Below, one piece after another: positions 35,731-48,575 of a DNA stretch of 64,000 bases. Both the position numbers and the translations under genes were made by a program. Numbering within the stretch: the first letter of the stretch is position 1; every line of letters begins with the position of its first letter. This DNA comes from Ranitomeya imitator (lineage: Eukaryota). The notes beneath the pieces were generated by a model. That model saw nothing but the letters and a program-made list of their open reading frames with translations. It ran no database searches and was not told where the DNA came from. The DNA is taken from contig NC_091289.1 of the NCBI RefSeq assembly GCF_032444005.1, positions 171,182,001 through 171,246,000 on the forward strand. The letters run 5' to 3'.

Positions 35731-36888
35731 TTAGACTTGTTAGGGTGGTCTGCAAGTCAGACCCTCAGGGATATTGGATGGTTGCCAAATGTGTGAGTTT
35801 CTCCAGAGAAATGACGGACAAAGATCAGATGTGGTATCTGTATCAGCCGTGTTTATTCAAGGAAGGACATTCAGTTATATACACTTTTTAGTAGGCGTAT
35901 ACATTATGTTCGTGCGCAAATCAACTGTTTATTACATATGAGATCATTCTTAATTCATCAGGTGATCTTTACCAAAAGGTAACTTGGGTTTGAGACACGT
36001 AGGGGCTAATGTCCTAAGTCTCCTTTCTTGATTAGGTTTTTACCTTATCTCAGCAGTCCTAGTAGTCAACAAGATGACTTAGCAGAGTCAGACATGTCTG
36101 GACATATTCAGAGACATATATATGAATTATGAAAACCCATTAAGGTGGTCCCTGATTTCCCTATCAGACTTGAATGAGATGCTAACAAATCCAGTGATAA
36201 TAACTGCGTTTGTGTTTTTTTTATTGCATTTCCGTAGCAGAAACACAGTAAAAACACATGTAATACGCACATGACTGTATCAATAAAGCTAGGTAACTCA
36301 GCAAACCGGAAGGGCATGATTAATAATTTGCATTTTTTGTCTTCTGGTATTTGTTGATGTTTTTTTTAGCTAAATTCTTAAAAATAGCGCACGAGGTTAT
36401 CAAATTTTGTGCTAAATCAAATATTATCTTTATTTTCGTCTGTGACATTTTATGAATGATGAATCAGCCGAAATCATCTGGAAACCCCATACTTAACCCA
36501 CAATGGTGAAACATAAAAAAAAAAAATCAGGCAAATACATTTATAATAGACTTCTAAAAAAAATCCACAAGTTCAAATAATAAGGCTCAAATAAAAAAAA
36601 GTAAAAAATAAAAGAAAATAGACCAAAAAAGGCGCATATTCGATAATGAAACGAGTTTCAAAATCAAAGTAGATTTATTTAAAACATGATCTACCAAAAT
36701 GGGACAAAAAAAGCAGCAGAAAAAAATTGCTAAAAATACATGTTAAAAAAAACCCTCACTAATAAAATGCAATTAAAAAAAACGCAAGAAATGAAAGAGC
36801 TAATAGGAGTGGAAATACTGATGAAAATCCACAGGATCAAGTCTGCATTGTGTGAACTTTGCTTTATTGTGATTGACAATCACAAAGT

Positions 36889-38250
36889 CCTTACATCCCT
36901 CCCCAGAGACCTTACATCCCTCCACGGAGACCTTACGTCCCACCACGGAGACCTTACATCCCACCATGGAGACCTTACATCCCTCCATGGAGACCTTACA
37001 TCCCACCATGGAGACCTTACATTCCTCCATGGAGACCTTACGTCCCTCCATGGAGACCTTATATCCCTCTACTGAGACCTTACATCCCTCGACTGAGACC
37101 TTACATCCCTCGACTGAGACCTTCACATCCCTCCACAGAGACCTTACATCCCTCCGGAGACCTTACATTGCTTCACGGAGACCTTACATCCTTCCATGGA
37201 GACCTTATATTCCTCTACTGAGACCTTACATCCCTCCACGGAGACCTTACATCCCTCCACGGAGACCTTACATCCCTCCACTGAGACCTTACATCCCTCA
37301 ACGGAGACCTTACATCCCTCCACTGAGACCTTACATCCCTCCACGGAGACCTTACATCCCTCCACTGAGACCTTACATCCCTCCACGGAGACCTTACATC
37401 CCTCCACGGAGACCTTACATCCCTCCACGGAGACCTTACATCCCTTCACGGAGACCTTACATCCCTCCACGGGGACTTTACATCCCTCCACGGAGATCTT
37501 ACATCCCTTCACGGAGACCTTACTTCCCTCCACGGAGACCTTACTTCCCTCCACGGAGACCTTACATCCCTCCACGTAGACCTTACTTCCCTCCACGGAG
37601 ACCTTACATCCCTTCACGGAGATCTTACATCCCTCCATGGAGACCTTACATCCCTCCACAGAGACCTTACATCCCTCTATGGAGACCTTACATCCCTTCA
37701 CGAAGACCTTACATCCCTTCACGGAGACCTTACATCCCTTCACGGAGACCTTACTTCCCTCCCCGGAGACCTTACATCCCTTCACGGAGACCTTACATCC
37801 CTCCATGGAGACCTTACATCCCTCCACAGAGACCTTATATCCCTCCACGGAGACCTTACATCCCTTCACGGAGACCTTGCTTCCCTCCCCGGAGACCTTA
37901 CTTCCCTCCCCGGAGACCTTACATCCCTTCATGGAGATCTTACATCCCTCCATGGAGACCTTACATCCCTCCACAGAGACCTTACATCCCTCTACGGAGA
38001 CCTTACATCCCTTCACGGAGACCTTATATCCCTCCACGGAGACCTTACATCCCTTCACGGAGACCTTGCTTCCCTCCCCGGAGACCTTACATCCCTCCAC
38101 GGAGACCTTACATCCCTCCACAGAGACCTTATATCCCTCCACGGAGACCTTACATCCCTTCACGGAGACCTTGCTTCCCTCCCCGGAGACCTTACTTCCC
38201 TCCCCGGAGACCTTACATCCCAGAACAGAGACCTTATATGCCTCCACAGA
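36889..38250. repeat. 21-bp minisatellite, about 65 copies (acggagaccttacatccctcc), in DIO1 intron 2
   Basis: Direct reading; the 7-aa periodicity of the spurious ORFs (ETLHPST) confirms the period. Confidence 0.95.
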
Positions 38251-38392
38251 GCAGCCTCATGGGATCGAACAGCACTGACACTTAATTGCTCTCATCAATC
38301 TGATGCTTTGACGAGTTTGATAGCTAATCCAGTAGAATATTGGCTCCAGTATCGATGCATGTGTGAATGTCTTCGTTTTATTCCATTTCTAG

Positions 38393-38592
38393 ATGGTTGG
38401 GCTTTTAAAAACAATATATTAATAAAGAAACATCAGAACATCCAGGACCGTCTGGCTGCAGCTAAACGCCTGCTGGAGGAGCTGCCATCTTGTCCTGTGG
38501 TGTTAGATACCATGCAGAATCTATGTAGCGCCAAGTATGCCGCCCTGCCCGAGAGGCTTTACATCCTGCAAAAGGGTAAAGTCATTTATAAG
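38393..38592 (+). CDS. DIO1: DIO1 exon 3
   Basis: (D)[27 protein letters not shown]...[10 protein letters not shown]...[19 protein letters not shown]; AG/GT boundaries; 200 nt. Confidence 0.97.
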
Positions 38593-40250
38593 GTAATTAT
38601 GGAAAAGTGGTGTCACCAGTAACTACAGCATGAAATGTCTAGTATATTATTACTGTATATATAACGTTTGCAATTTTTTCCTTCCCTTCTTCTAAGGCCT
38701 CATTCACACTTCCGTTTTATTTTCATGAGTTTTTCTCAAATGAGAACAAACTGTTTCTCCACCTTCTCCTATCTAATAGCCGATTTTAATCCGACACTCA
38801 GATGAATATCAGAGACGTCTCGGCGATTCTGCGCAAACCACCTTGTTCACAAAAAATCATAGATTATATCAGCTATGAGTGCTATCCGTGAAAAACACGG
38901 AAAAAACTCGTACGCAACGAACAGATGTCTGAATGTGTTCCAAGAGCCTTAGCCTTTTTGATTTTTGCATTAACATAGCAGTATGAGGGCTTGTAGTTTT
39001 TTTTTTTTTTGTTCGTTGTTGTTTTCAATGACACCATTAATTTTACCATATAATGTGCTGAAAAATGGGACACAAATTCCAAATGAGGTGAAAATGGTGA
39101 AGAAAAATAAAAAAACTACACAGTCATTGGTTTTTTTAATTTTCTTTTTACTGTGTTTATTGTGTAATAGCATACATTATTCTCTGGGCGAGTACAATTA
39201 TGGGGATACCAAATTCGTTAAGTTCCTTTTATTATTTTATTGGCGTAAGACAATTCTGAACAATATTAATTATGTTTCATTTTTTTTTATTACAAGTAAA
39301 ACTTTTGTATTTGTTTATTGTTTTTTTTATTTCTATTTTTTGTATTTAGTCCCCTATTTTAACTTACAATTGTTTTATTATTTGATGTACAGTTGTGCTC
39401 AAAAGTTTACATACCCCGGTAGAATTTTTGTTTTCTTTGCCTTTTTTTTCAGAGAATATGAATGATAACACCAAAACTTTTTCTCCACCCATGGTTAGTG
39501 GTTGGGTGAAGCCATTTATTGTCAAACTACTGTGTTTTCTCTTTTTAAATCATAATGACAACCCAAAACATCCAAATGACCCCAATCAAAACTTCACATA
39601 CCCTGGTGATTTTGGCCTGATAACATGCACTGTGTTAGGGCCAATTCACACAATCATATTGCAATTGTATTTTCTCATGTGTGTTACACACCGCTCCTCT
39701 ACTTTTCTGTTGCCACCGCCCTTTGCTGTGCTCGACGTTGGGTCATAAAAGTGGCCCTATGTTCTTCAGTGACATCATCTCCCAAGGCCTTTTAAGGCCC
39801 AGTTAACCAGTGATATCAGTCAGTGATATGTTCAGTTGCCATTTGTTTTGGAGTTTGCCACCTTCCAGTTTCTTCTGCTGCTGCCATCTCCTCAGATTCC
39901 TTTGGTTCATACAACTTTCTTCTACTCCTCCAAATACCAACTGAATAACCCATCGTTTGCTGTAAGCATTATGAACTGCTTCTTAGAGACTGTTCCATTA
40001 TATTGCAATCATCTTTGCAAATTCCTGAGGTTTCTACTACCTGCATCTATTCTCTTGGTTGTTTGGCTCTGGTGTCCCCTTCCATGCTTGTCTTCCTGGC
40101 TTCCAGTATTGCCAATTGTCAAGGTCCTCTCTGTGCCACGTGTCATCTGACAAACCCAGCCTGCTGCGTCTTTGCTCTCGGTCTGTGTGTTTACATGCCT
40201 TATAGCTTTGTGGATCCACCTCACTAGGTGAGCGCTAACAATCCATGTTA

Positions 40251-41016
40251 GGCTGGTTTCACACTTGCATTTTAAAACGCATGCGTTTTTTTTTTTAAAA
40301 ACGCATGGTGAAAAAACGCATGTAAACGCGTGCAAACGCCGCATTTTTTTGACGCATGCGTTTTTGCATGTGGTGAAAAAAACGTGGCGTTTTAACGCGT
40401 TTACATGCGTTTTTTCATGCGTTTGCGTTTTTTAAACGCATGCAGATAAATGTGTGACAGCTGCCAATCATCAAAATAAAGTAAAAACCCCACTATAAAC
40501 AGAAAGAGCTAGGGTTAGGGTTAGGGGTAGGGTTAGGGATCCTAACCCTAAAGGGATCCTAACCCTAACCCTACCCCTAACCCTACCCTTAAAGGGATTA
40601 GGGTTAGGGTAGGGTTAGGGGTAGGGTTAGGGGTAGGATCCCTTTATCAATTTTATGGTGTGGGGTGGTTTATGAGTGTTTTTTATTGTTTTTAAAAAAA
40701 AATAAAAACGCATGCGTTTTTAATGCATGCAAACGCATGTGGTTAAAAACGCATGCGTTTACATAGACAGCAATACATTTTTTTGCTGCAAAAAAAGCAT
40801 GCGTTTTTTTGCGGCAAAAAAAAGCAGCTCAAATTTACTACATGTTGCATTTCTGCAACACAACGCATGCATAAAAAAGACGCATGCGGTGGCAAAACGC
40901 ATGCAAAAAAACGCATGCGTTTTTAATGTTAAGTATAGGGGAAAAAACGCATGCTTTTTTTGCGTTTTTTACCGCAAAAATGCAAAAAAAAAAACCCCGC
41001 AAATGTGAAACCAGCC
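40251..41016 (-). mobile_element. Harbinger-like MITE carrying telomere-like repeats (copy B, inverted relative to copy A)
   Basis: TTA flanks; interior is the reverse complement of 24977-25714; TTAGGG/CCCTAA-like tracts at 40511-40640. Confidence 0.85.
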
Positions 41017-41642
41017 TTACAAACGCAAGTTCCAGCCTGACAGCGGGACAAGTGACGTCAACTACCAGCATGATAAACATATATGATGCTGTTAGTCCAG
41101 ATTATGGCACCCACAGTAAGGCCAAGACTTACAGCTGTAATACAGACTAGAAACTACAGCTTCTATATGGCTGTGTGAATAAGACCTCAAAGGGGTTGTC
41201 TCATCAGAATATCAAATTGCTTGGGTCTGACGCCCCTACTGATCAGCTGACACAAACCAGGCCCTGTGCGGCTCCATTCAATGTGTAGCAGTGGCAGCAG
41301 AGTACTGAAGATCAACTCCTATTCTTTTCAATAGTAGCTGGTCTGCAGTACCCGGAAGCTACCACTACACATGGTTCCATGTGTTTCCATCCGGCCACAG
41401 CTGGTAACAACTGATCGGTGACGGTGCCAATCAGAAATTGATGACCCATCCTTTAAATAGATCATTGATATAATCTGATCAGACAAGTCCTTGTTTAAAA
41501 AAAGGAAATGCCCTAGTAATGATCTGGTTAACGTGCGAGAACAAGAATAAAAGCCAATGATTAGTATTACCAGAACTTATGTAACGTACGAATGTGATTG
41601 TGTAATTGTTTTCATAAAGTAATAAAAATAATGTAATTACAG

Positions 41643-41708
41643 GGCAACCCGGGCCCCTATGGCTACAAACCGGAGGAGGTGCGTTCTGTGCTGGAGAAAA
41701 TAAAATAG
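41643..41708 (+). CDS. DIO1: DIO1 exon 4 coding part and stop
   Basis: GNPGPYGYKPEEVRSVLEKIK* matches the DIO1 C-terminus; total protein 250 aa. Confidence 0.95.
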   Translation, partial: GNPGPYGYKPEEVRSVLEKIK

Positions 41709-41872
41709 TTTGTGTAATTTACTTCCAGAAGAACAACATCCCGTCCTGTGATCACAGACCGCCCGTGAATGGTTGTACGTGTTCATCGCCTGATCGCTAC
41801 GAACTATAAATCCCAGACGCATCAGACACATTCTCTATATCCGCCACAGGTTTACATTCAGAAACAGGCGCT

Positions 41873-41948
41873 TCCATATATTCGTTTGTGAAGTTTGTGG
41901 CCTAAAGCAATACTGCTGGCCACAGTCTGATTTTTGTAAATATCTGGA
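41873..41948 (+). promoter_or_regulatory. DIO1: SECIS element of DIO1 (type II fold, GUGA core)
   Basis: Helix I tcca-t-atatt / aatat-c-tgga; GTGA at 41888 and TGAT at 41928; helix II agtttgtggcc / ggccacagtct; unpaired AAA at 41904-41906; mini-helix gca/tgc. Confidence 0.92.
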
Positions 41949-41975
41949 GATGTCCTGTGCCCTGAAGCAAAAAAA

Positions 41976-41981
41976 AATAAA
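41976..41981 (+). terminator. DIO1: Probable DIO1 polyadenylation signal
   Basis: First AATAAA downstream of the SECIS. Confidence 0.6.
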
Positions 41982-42713
41982 AATATTAGAACATAACAGG
42001 TTTGTTAATCATTAATTTCCATTTGTTTTGGCATTTTAAAGCACAAAATGAAGAGTGCATGCGACAGAAATGAGAATCTGTTCATTAGTCAGAATTGGGT
42101 AAATCATTGGAATTCACGCAAAGATCAAAAACATTTTACTTGTCCGTTTTAAAGTTGCAATTTTGCTGTAAAGGAAAAAAAAACTAAAAAAAAAACAACA
42201 AATTGTTCCAAGTCGATTCAGATGAGTGAAACGGATTTTTGATTGCAGAAATGTGTGAATATTTCTTACTACGGCGCCATTGTTTAAACACAAATGTTGT
42301 AGATTGTATCGATACATTTACCCATCTCTTACAAAGCAGTAACCTTTTTCGAGGAAGGATGGACATGTATGCCCTCTGTCAGGTGCTGGTATAAAGAACC
42401 GGATCAGGAGCTGAACTCCCTCCATACACAGCGGGTGCCGGCTGTGGTATAACAGGACGGCTGCATTTAAACGGTTGTGATTGCCGTGTGCGCAGGTTGC
42501 TGATACCAAGCTGTTCACCATGGCAGCTGGGAGCTTACTGAATGCTCCATGTCACTGCACATCACTGCCATGTTTGTATTCCCATAAAGTCCAACCTGAT
42601 ATTGGGCTTTATAGGAAATTCTAAAATTTACTACATATGGCAATACTGGAGTATCGCGGTGCATAGTACAAGTGATCAAACAATAGGAGGTACAAGTCTC
42701 AAGGTGGGAATAA

Positions 42714-42907
42714 GGCTGCCGTCACACTAGCAGTATTTGGTCAGTATTTTACATCAGTATTTGTAAGCCAAAACCAGGAGTGGGTGATAAATGCAGAAGT
42801 GGTGCATATGTTTCTATTATACTTTTCCTCTAATTGTTCCACTCCTGGTTTTGGCTACAAATACTGATGTAAAATACTGACCGAATACTGCTAGTGTGAC
42901 GGCAGCC
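42714..42907. mobile_element. Short palindromic MITE
   Basis: ggctgccgtcacactagcagtatt ... aatactgctagtgtgacggcagcc with TAA flanks. Confidence 0.85.
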
Positions 42908-42976
42908 TAAAAAATAATGTGAAGGTAAAAATAAAACAGTAATAAATTATGCATATAATTTTAATATATTAAGTGA

Positions 42977-43018
<42 letters not shown>

Positions 43019-43269
43019 GGTAACTTTACAATAGAGTATAAATATTTCATATATTTTTATAATTTAATTTTTTTATAACATATTTTGCTTTTATTCATAT
43101 ATAAAAAATATTTTACATATTAAAATTATTTACACTGCACAAAAAACATAAAGGGAACACTAAGAAACCACTTCGTAGATATTACTGAATAAAATATTCC
43201 AGTTACAAATCTTTATTCATTGCATAGTGGAATGCGTTAATGACAATAAATCATAAAAAAATGGTCAAT

Positions 43270-44780
43270 GTAAATTAGTATCCCATGGAGGTCTGGTTTT
43301 GGAATGATAGTTAAAATCAAAGTGGAAAATCAAATTACAGGCTGATGCAGCTTCAGTAGAAATGCCTCAAGACAAGGATATGATGCTCAGTAGTGTGTGT
43401 GGCCTCCACGTGCCTGTATGACCTCCCTACAATGCCTGGGCATGCTCCTGATGAGGTGGTGGATGTTCTCCTGAGGGATCTCCTCCCAGACCTAGATTAA
43501 AGCAATCAGTCAACTGCTGGCCAGTCCGTAGCATCAGTGCCTTCATCATGCAGGAACAGCTGACACACTTCAGCCACGAGATCTAGCACTGCCACGCATC
43601 AGAAGAAACACAGGGCCCAATGCACCTGCATATGGTCTCACAATGGGTCTGATGATCTCATCCCGGTACCTAATGGCAGTCAGGGTACCTCTGGCGAGCA
43701 CATGGAGGGCTGTACGGCCCTCTAGAGAAATGCCTCCCCACACCATTACTGACCGACTGCAAAACCGGTCATGCTGGAAGATGTTGCAGGCAGCAGAACG
43801 TTCTCTATGGCGTCTCAAGAATCTGTTGCGTCTATCACGTGTTCAGTGTGAACTTGCGCTCATCCATGAAAAGCACAGGGCGCCAATGTCGAATCTGCCA
43901 ATCTTGGTGTTCTCTGGCAAATGCCAATAGCCCTGCACGGTGTTAGGATGTATGTACAACACCACAGATTATATATATACAGTAAAATGAGATTGTCACC
44001 TCCTCCTCTGGTTAATATGTCCTCCAGGCTGCACGGATCCACTGGGTGAAGATTGATATGCATCAAATAGTTGACATCCAGCGCCTCTTTGGACGAACAA
44101 TCCCAGGAAATCCAAGCTTTCTTAAAACATCTATTTATTTCTTCATATTAAAAACAGGTAACAAAAAAGGTCAGGCAGTTTGGATACACCCATGATTTGT
44201 AAAAAGGCATAGAAACCAACATGTTTCGACCCAGACAGGGCTTAATCATGGAGTTGCAACTGCCTAATGGAGGTCATTTTGCAGGGCTGTGGCACTGTTC
44301 CTCCTTTCACAAAGGAGGAGGTAGCGGTCCTGCTCCTGGACTGTTCCCTTCCTATGGCCCCCTCTACATCTCTGGTTTACTGGCCTGTCTCCTGGTATCT
44401 GCTCCATGCTCTGGACACTGTGATGACAGACACAACTACCCTCCTTGCCACAGCTCACATTGATGTGCCATCCTGGATGAGCTGCACTACTTGAGCAACT
44501 TCTGTGGGTTCTAGACAGCGCCTCATGCTACTTTACTGTACATCTAGGGATGAGAGCAATGACAAAATGCAAAAGTGACCAAAACACCAGCCCAAGAGGA
44601 TACGAACAGAGAAATGGTCTGTAGTCACCCCTGCAGAACCACTCCTTTATAGGGGTTGTCTTGCTAATTGCATATCATTCCTACCTGCTGTCTCTTCCAT
44701 TGGCACAACAGCAGGGGAAATTGATTCACAGTGTTGCTTCATAACTGGACAGGCTGATTTCACAGAAGTGTGATAATGTA
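43270..44780 (-). mobile_element. Degenerate Tc1 transposon with an internal Penelope-type insertion (about 43955-44255)
   Basis: Remnant SVMVWGGISLEGRTALHV...YRDEIIRPIVRPYAGA is a Tc1 transposase fragment. Confidence 0.8.
44216..44251 (-). ncRNA. Hammerhead-like motif with A3-U8 core (AUGAUUA)
   Basis: CC-ATGATTA-A-GCCC tgtct GGGTC-GAAA-CATG-TT-GG; palindromic stem III ACATGT; stem I is only 2 bp. Confidence 0.5.
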
Positions 44781-45640
44781 TATTCCGCTGGCAACAAAAG
44801 TGATTACACCCCTAAGTGAAAATGGCAAAATTGTGCCCAAAATAGAAATATTTTGTGTGGCCACCATTATTTTCAAGCACTGCCTTTACTCTCTTGGACA
44901 TGGAGTTCACTAGAGCTCTGGAATCCTCTTCCACTCCTCCATGAAGACATCATGGAGGTGGTGGATGTTAGATATCTTGGCTCCTCCACCTTCCATTTGA
45001 GGATGCCCCACAGATGCTCAATATTATTTAGGTTTGGAGATACGCTGGGCCTGTCTGTCCTGAACATTTACCCTTACTTTCTTTAGCAAGGCAATGGTGG
45101 TCTTGGAGGTGTGTTTGGGTCGTTATCATGTTGGAATGCTGCCCTGCAGCCCAGTTTTTGCTCTGCTTCAGTATGTCACAGTACATTATGGCAAGCTAAA
45201 CTGATCGTTTTGGTTCCATTTGGTGGGTGTACACTGCATGGTTACCTGTGTCCCCCAATGAAGCGATAGAAAATTACTGTTTTCAGAATTGTGTGACACT
45301 AACCATTTTATTTTTTTTCACAAAGTTGTGAATTTTATTTAACCACTAAATACATACACACATACATACACATATACTGTACACACATACGTACGCATAC
45401 ACAAACACACATACATACAAACACATACATGCTTACACATACATACACACAAACATACTCATACATACATACATTACATATACATACATATGCGTACACA
45501 TACAAATACACATAAACACACACATACACATATATACACATACATATGCATAGACATATATATACACTCATACATACATACTGTACATACTCATATATAC
45601 ACAAATACACATACACACATATACATACATAAACATACAT

Positions 45641-47259
45641 TACAGATCAAAAGTTTGGACACCTCATTTAAAGATTTTTCTGTATTTTCATGACTATGAA
45701 AATTGTACATTCACACTGAAGGCATCAAAACTATGAATTAACACATGTGGAATTATATACTTAACAAAAAAGTGTGAAACAACTGAAATTATGTCTTATA
45801 TTCTAGGTTCTTCAAAGTACCCACCTTTTGCTTTGATGACTGCTTTGCACACTCTTGGCATTCTCTTGATGAGCTTCAAGTGGTAGTCACCGGGAATGGT
45901 TTTCACTTCACAGTTGTGCCCTGTCAGGTTTAATAAGTGGGATTTCTTGCCTTATAAATGGGGTTGAGACCATCAGTTGTGTTGTGCAGAAGTCTGGTGG
46001 ATACACAGCTGATAGTCCTACTGAATAGACTGTAAGAATTTGTATTATGGCAAGAAAAAAGCAGCTAAGTAAAGAAAAATGAGTGGCCATCATTACTTTA
46101 AGAAATGAAGGTCAGTCTGAAAAATTGGGCGAACTTTGAAAGTGTCCCCAAGTGCAGTGGCAAAAACCATCAAGCGCTACAAAGAAACTGGCTCACATGA
46201 GGGCCGCCCCAGGAAAGGAAGACCAAGAGTCACCTCTGCTTCTGAGGACAAGTTTATCCGAGTCACCAGCCTCAGAAATTGCAGGTTAACAGCAGCTCAG
46301 ATTAGAGACCAGGTTAATGCCACACAGAGTTCTAGCAGCAGACACATCTCTGCAACAACTGTTAAGAGGAGACTTTGTGCAGCAGGCCTTCATGGTAAAA
46401 TAGCTGCTAGGAAACCACTGCTAAGGACAGATAACAAGCAGAAGAGACTTATTTGGGCTAAAGAACACAAAGAATGGACATTAGACCAGTGGAAATCTGT
46501 GCTTGGGTCTGATGAGTCCGAATTTGAGATCTTTGGTTCCAACCACCGTGTCTTTGTGCGACGCAGAAAAGGTGAACGGATGGACTCTACACGCCTGGTT
46601 CCCACCGTGAAGCATGGAGGAGGTGTGATGGTGTGGGGGTGCTTTGCTGGTGACACTGTTGGGGATTTATTCAAAATTGAAGGCATACTGAACCAGCATG
46701 GCTACCACAGCATCTTGCAGCAGCATGCTATTCCATCTGGTTTGCGTTTAGTTGGACCATCATTTATTTTTCAACAGGACAATGACCCCAAACACACCTC
46801 CAGGCTGTGTAAGGGCTATTTGACCAAGAAGGAGAGTGATGGGGTGCTACGCCAGATGGCCTGGCCTCCACAGTCACCAGACCTGAACACAATCGAGATG
46901 GTTTGGGGTGAGCTGGACCGCAGAGTGAAGGCAAAAGGGCCAACAAGTGCTAAGCATCTCTGGGAACTCCTTCAAGATTGTTGGAAGACCATTCCCGGGG
47001 ACTACCTTTTGAAGCTCATCAAGAGAATGCCAAGAGTGTGCAAAGCAGTCATCAAAGCAAAAGGTGTCTACTTTGAAGAACCTAGAATATAAGACATAAT
47101 TTCAGTTGTTTCACACTTTTTTGTTAAGTATATAATTCCACATGTGTTAATTCATAGTTTTGATGCCTTCAGTGTGAATGTACAATTTTCATAGTCATGA
47201 AAATACAGAAAAATCTTTAAATGAGGTGTGTCCAAACTTTTGGTCTGGTCTGTACTGTA
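45641..47259 (+). mobile_element. Tc1 transposon (DD34E), near full length; transposase N-terminus disrupted
   Basis: Long inverted ends (aaaagtttggacac); ORF 46136-47092 with SDES, QQDNDPKH and SPDLNTIE; the upstream start MARKKQLSKEK is followed by TGA and a frameshift. Confidence 0.93.
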
Positions 47260-47872
47260 CATACATACACACACACAGGGCCGCCATCAGGGCATTACAG
47301 GCATCACTGCCGTATGGGGCCCGGTGATGAGGAGCAAAAAGGGGGGCCCGAGCGAGCACGCTGGCAGCCGGTCCGGTCCGGTCCGCGCTCTGCTCGGGCC
47401 CCCCCTGACATTTTTATTCAGGCTGCGGCTGCAGTGCCACTGTGCTGTGCCTGCTGTCTCTAAATGAGCCTTGTACCTTTAAGGCGGCCGGGCCCGCGGT
47501 GATTCATGGGCCCGCCCGCCGCAAGTTAGTGACGTCACACGCTGCCCTGCTCCACTTCCTCATTCCGGGACCAGAGCAGAGCAGCGTGCGGCGGCACACC
47601 ACGTGGACGGCGGAGGCCGAGGGAGCAGAGAAGAGGCAGCGGGGGACCACCGGACAACGAGGGACCCGGCGGAAGAGAAGAGGCAGGCGGCAGCGGGGGA
47701 CCGGTCACTGGCAGAGGAGAAGAGGGCAGAGGCAAGCGCCGGCGGCAGCGGGGCCCGGGGGACCGGCAGAGCAGAGGAGAAGAGGCAAGCACCGGCGGCA
47801 GCGGGGCCCGGGGGACCGGCAGAGCAGAGGAGAAGAGGCAAGCGCCGGCGGCAGCGGGGCCCGGGGGACCTG

Positions 47873-48575
47873 TCAGTGGGGCAGAAATGCTGGACACAGT
47901 GGGGCAGAAATGCTGGACACAGTGGGGCAGAAATGCTGGACACAGTGGGGCAGAAATGCTGGAAACAGTGGGGCAGAAATGCTGGACACAGTGGGGCAGA
48001 AATGCTGGACTCAGTGGGGCAGAAATGCTGGACTCAGTGGGGCAGAAATGCTGGACACAGTGGGGCAGAAATGCTGGACACAGTGGGGCAGAAATGCTGG
48101 ACACAGTGGGGCAGAAATGCTGGACACAGTGGGGCAGAAATGCTGGACTCAGTGGGGCAGAAATGCTGGACTCAGTGGGGCAGAAATGCTGGACTCAGTG
48201 GACAGTGGGGCTGAAATGCTGGACACAGTGGGGCAGAAATGCTGGACACAGTGGGGCAGAAATGCTGGACACAGTGGGGCAGAAATGCTGGACACAGTGG
48301 GGCAGAAATGCTGGACACAGTGGGGCAGAAATGCTGGACTCAGTGGGGCAGAAATGCTGGACTCAGTGGGGCAGAAATGCTGGACTCAGTGGGGCAGAAA
48401 TGCTGGACTCAGTGGGGCAGAAATGCTGGACTCAGTGGGGCAGAAATGCTGGACTCAGTGGGGCAGAAATGCTGGACTCAGTGGGGCAGAAATGCTGGAC
48501 ACAGTGGGGCAGAAATGCTGGACACAGTGGGGCAGAAATGCTGGACGCAGTGGGGCAGAAATGCTGGACACAGTG
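47873..48575. repeat. 23-bp minisatellite, about 30 copies (cagtggggcagaaatgctggaca), decaying to about 49090
   Basis: Direct reading. Confidence 0.93.

Noticed and set aside
36740-38285. Long ORFs (470, 367 and 213 aa) with [14 protein letters not shown] or VEGCKVS repeats
   Set aside because: Translations of the 21-bp minisatellite; open in several frames and both strands, and located in DIO1 intron 2.
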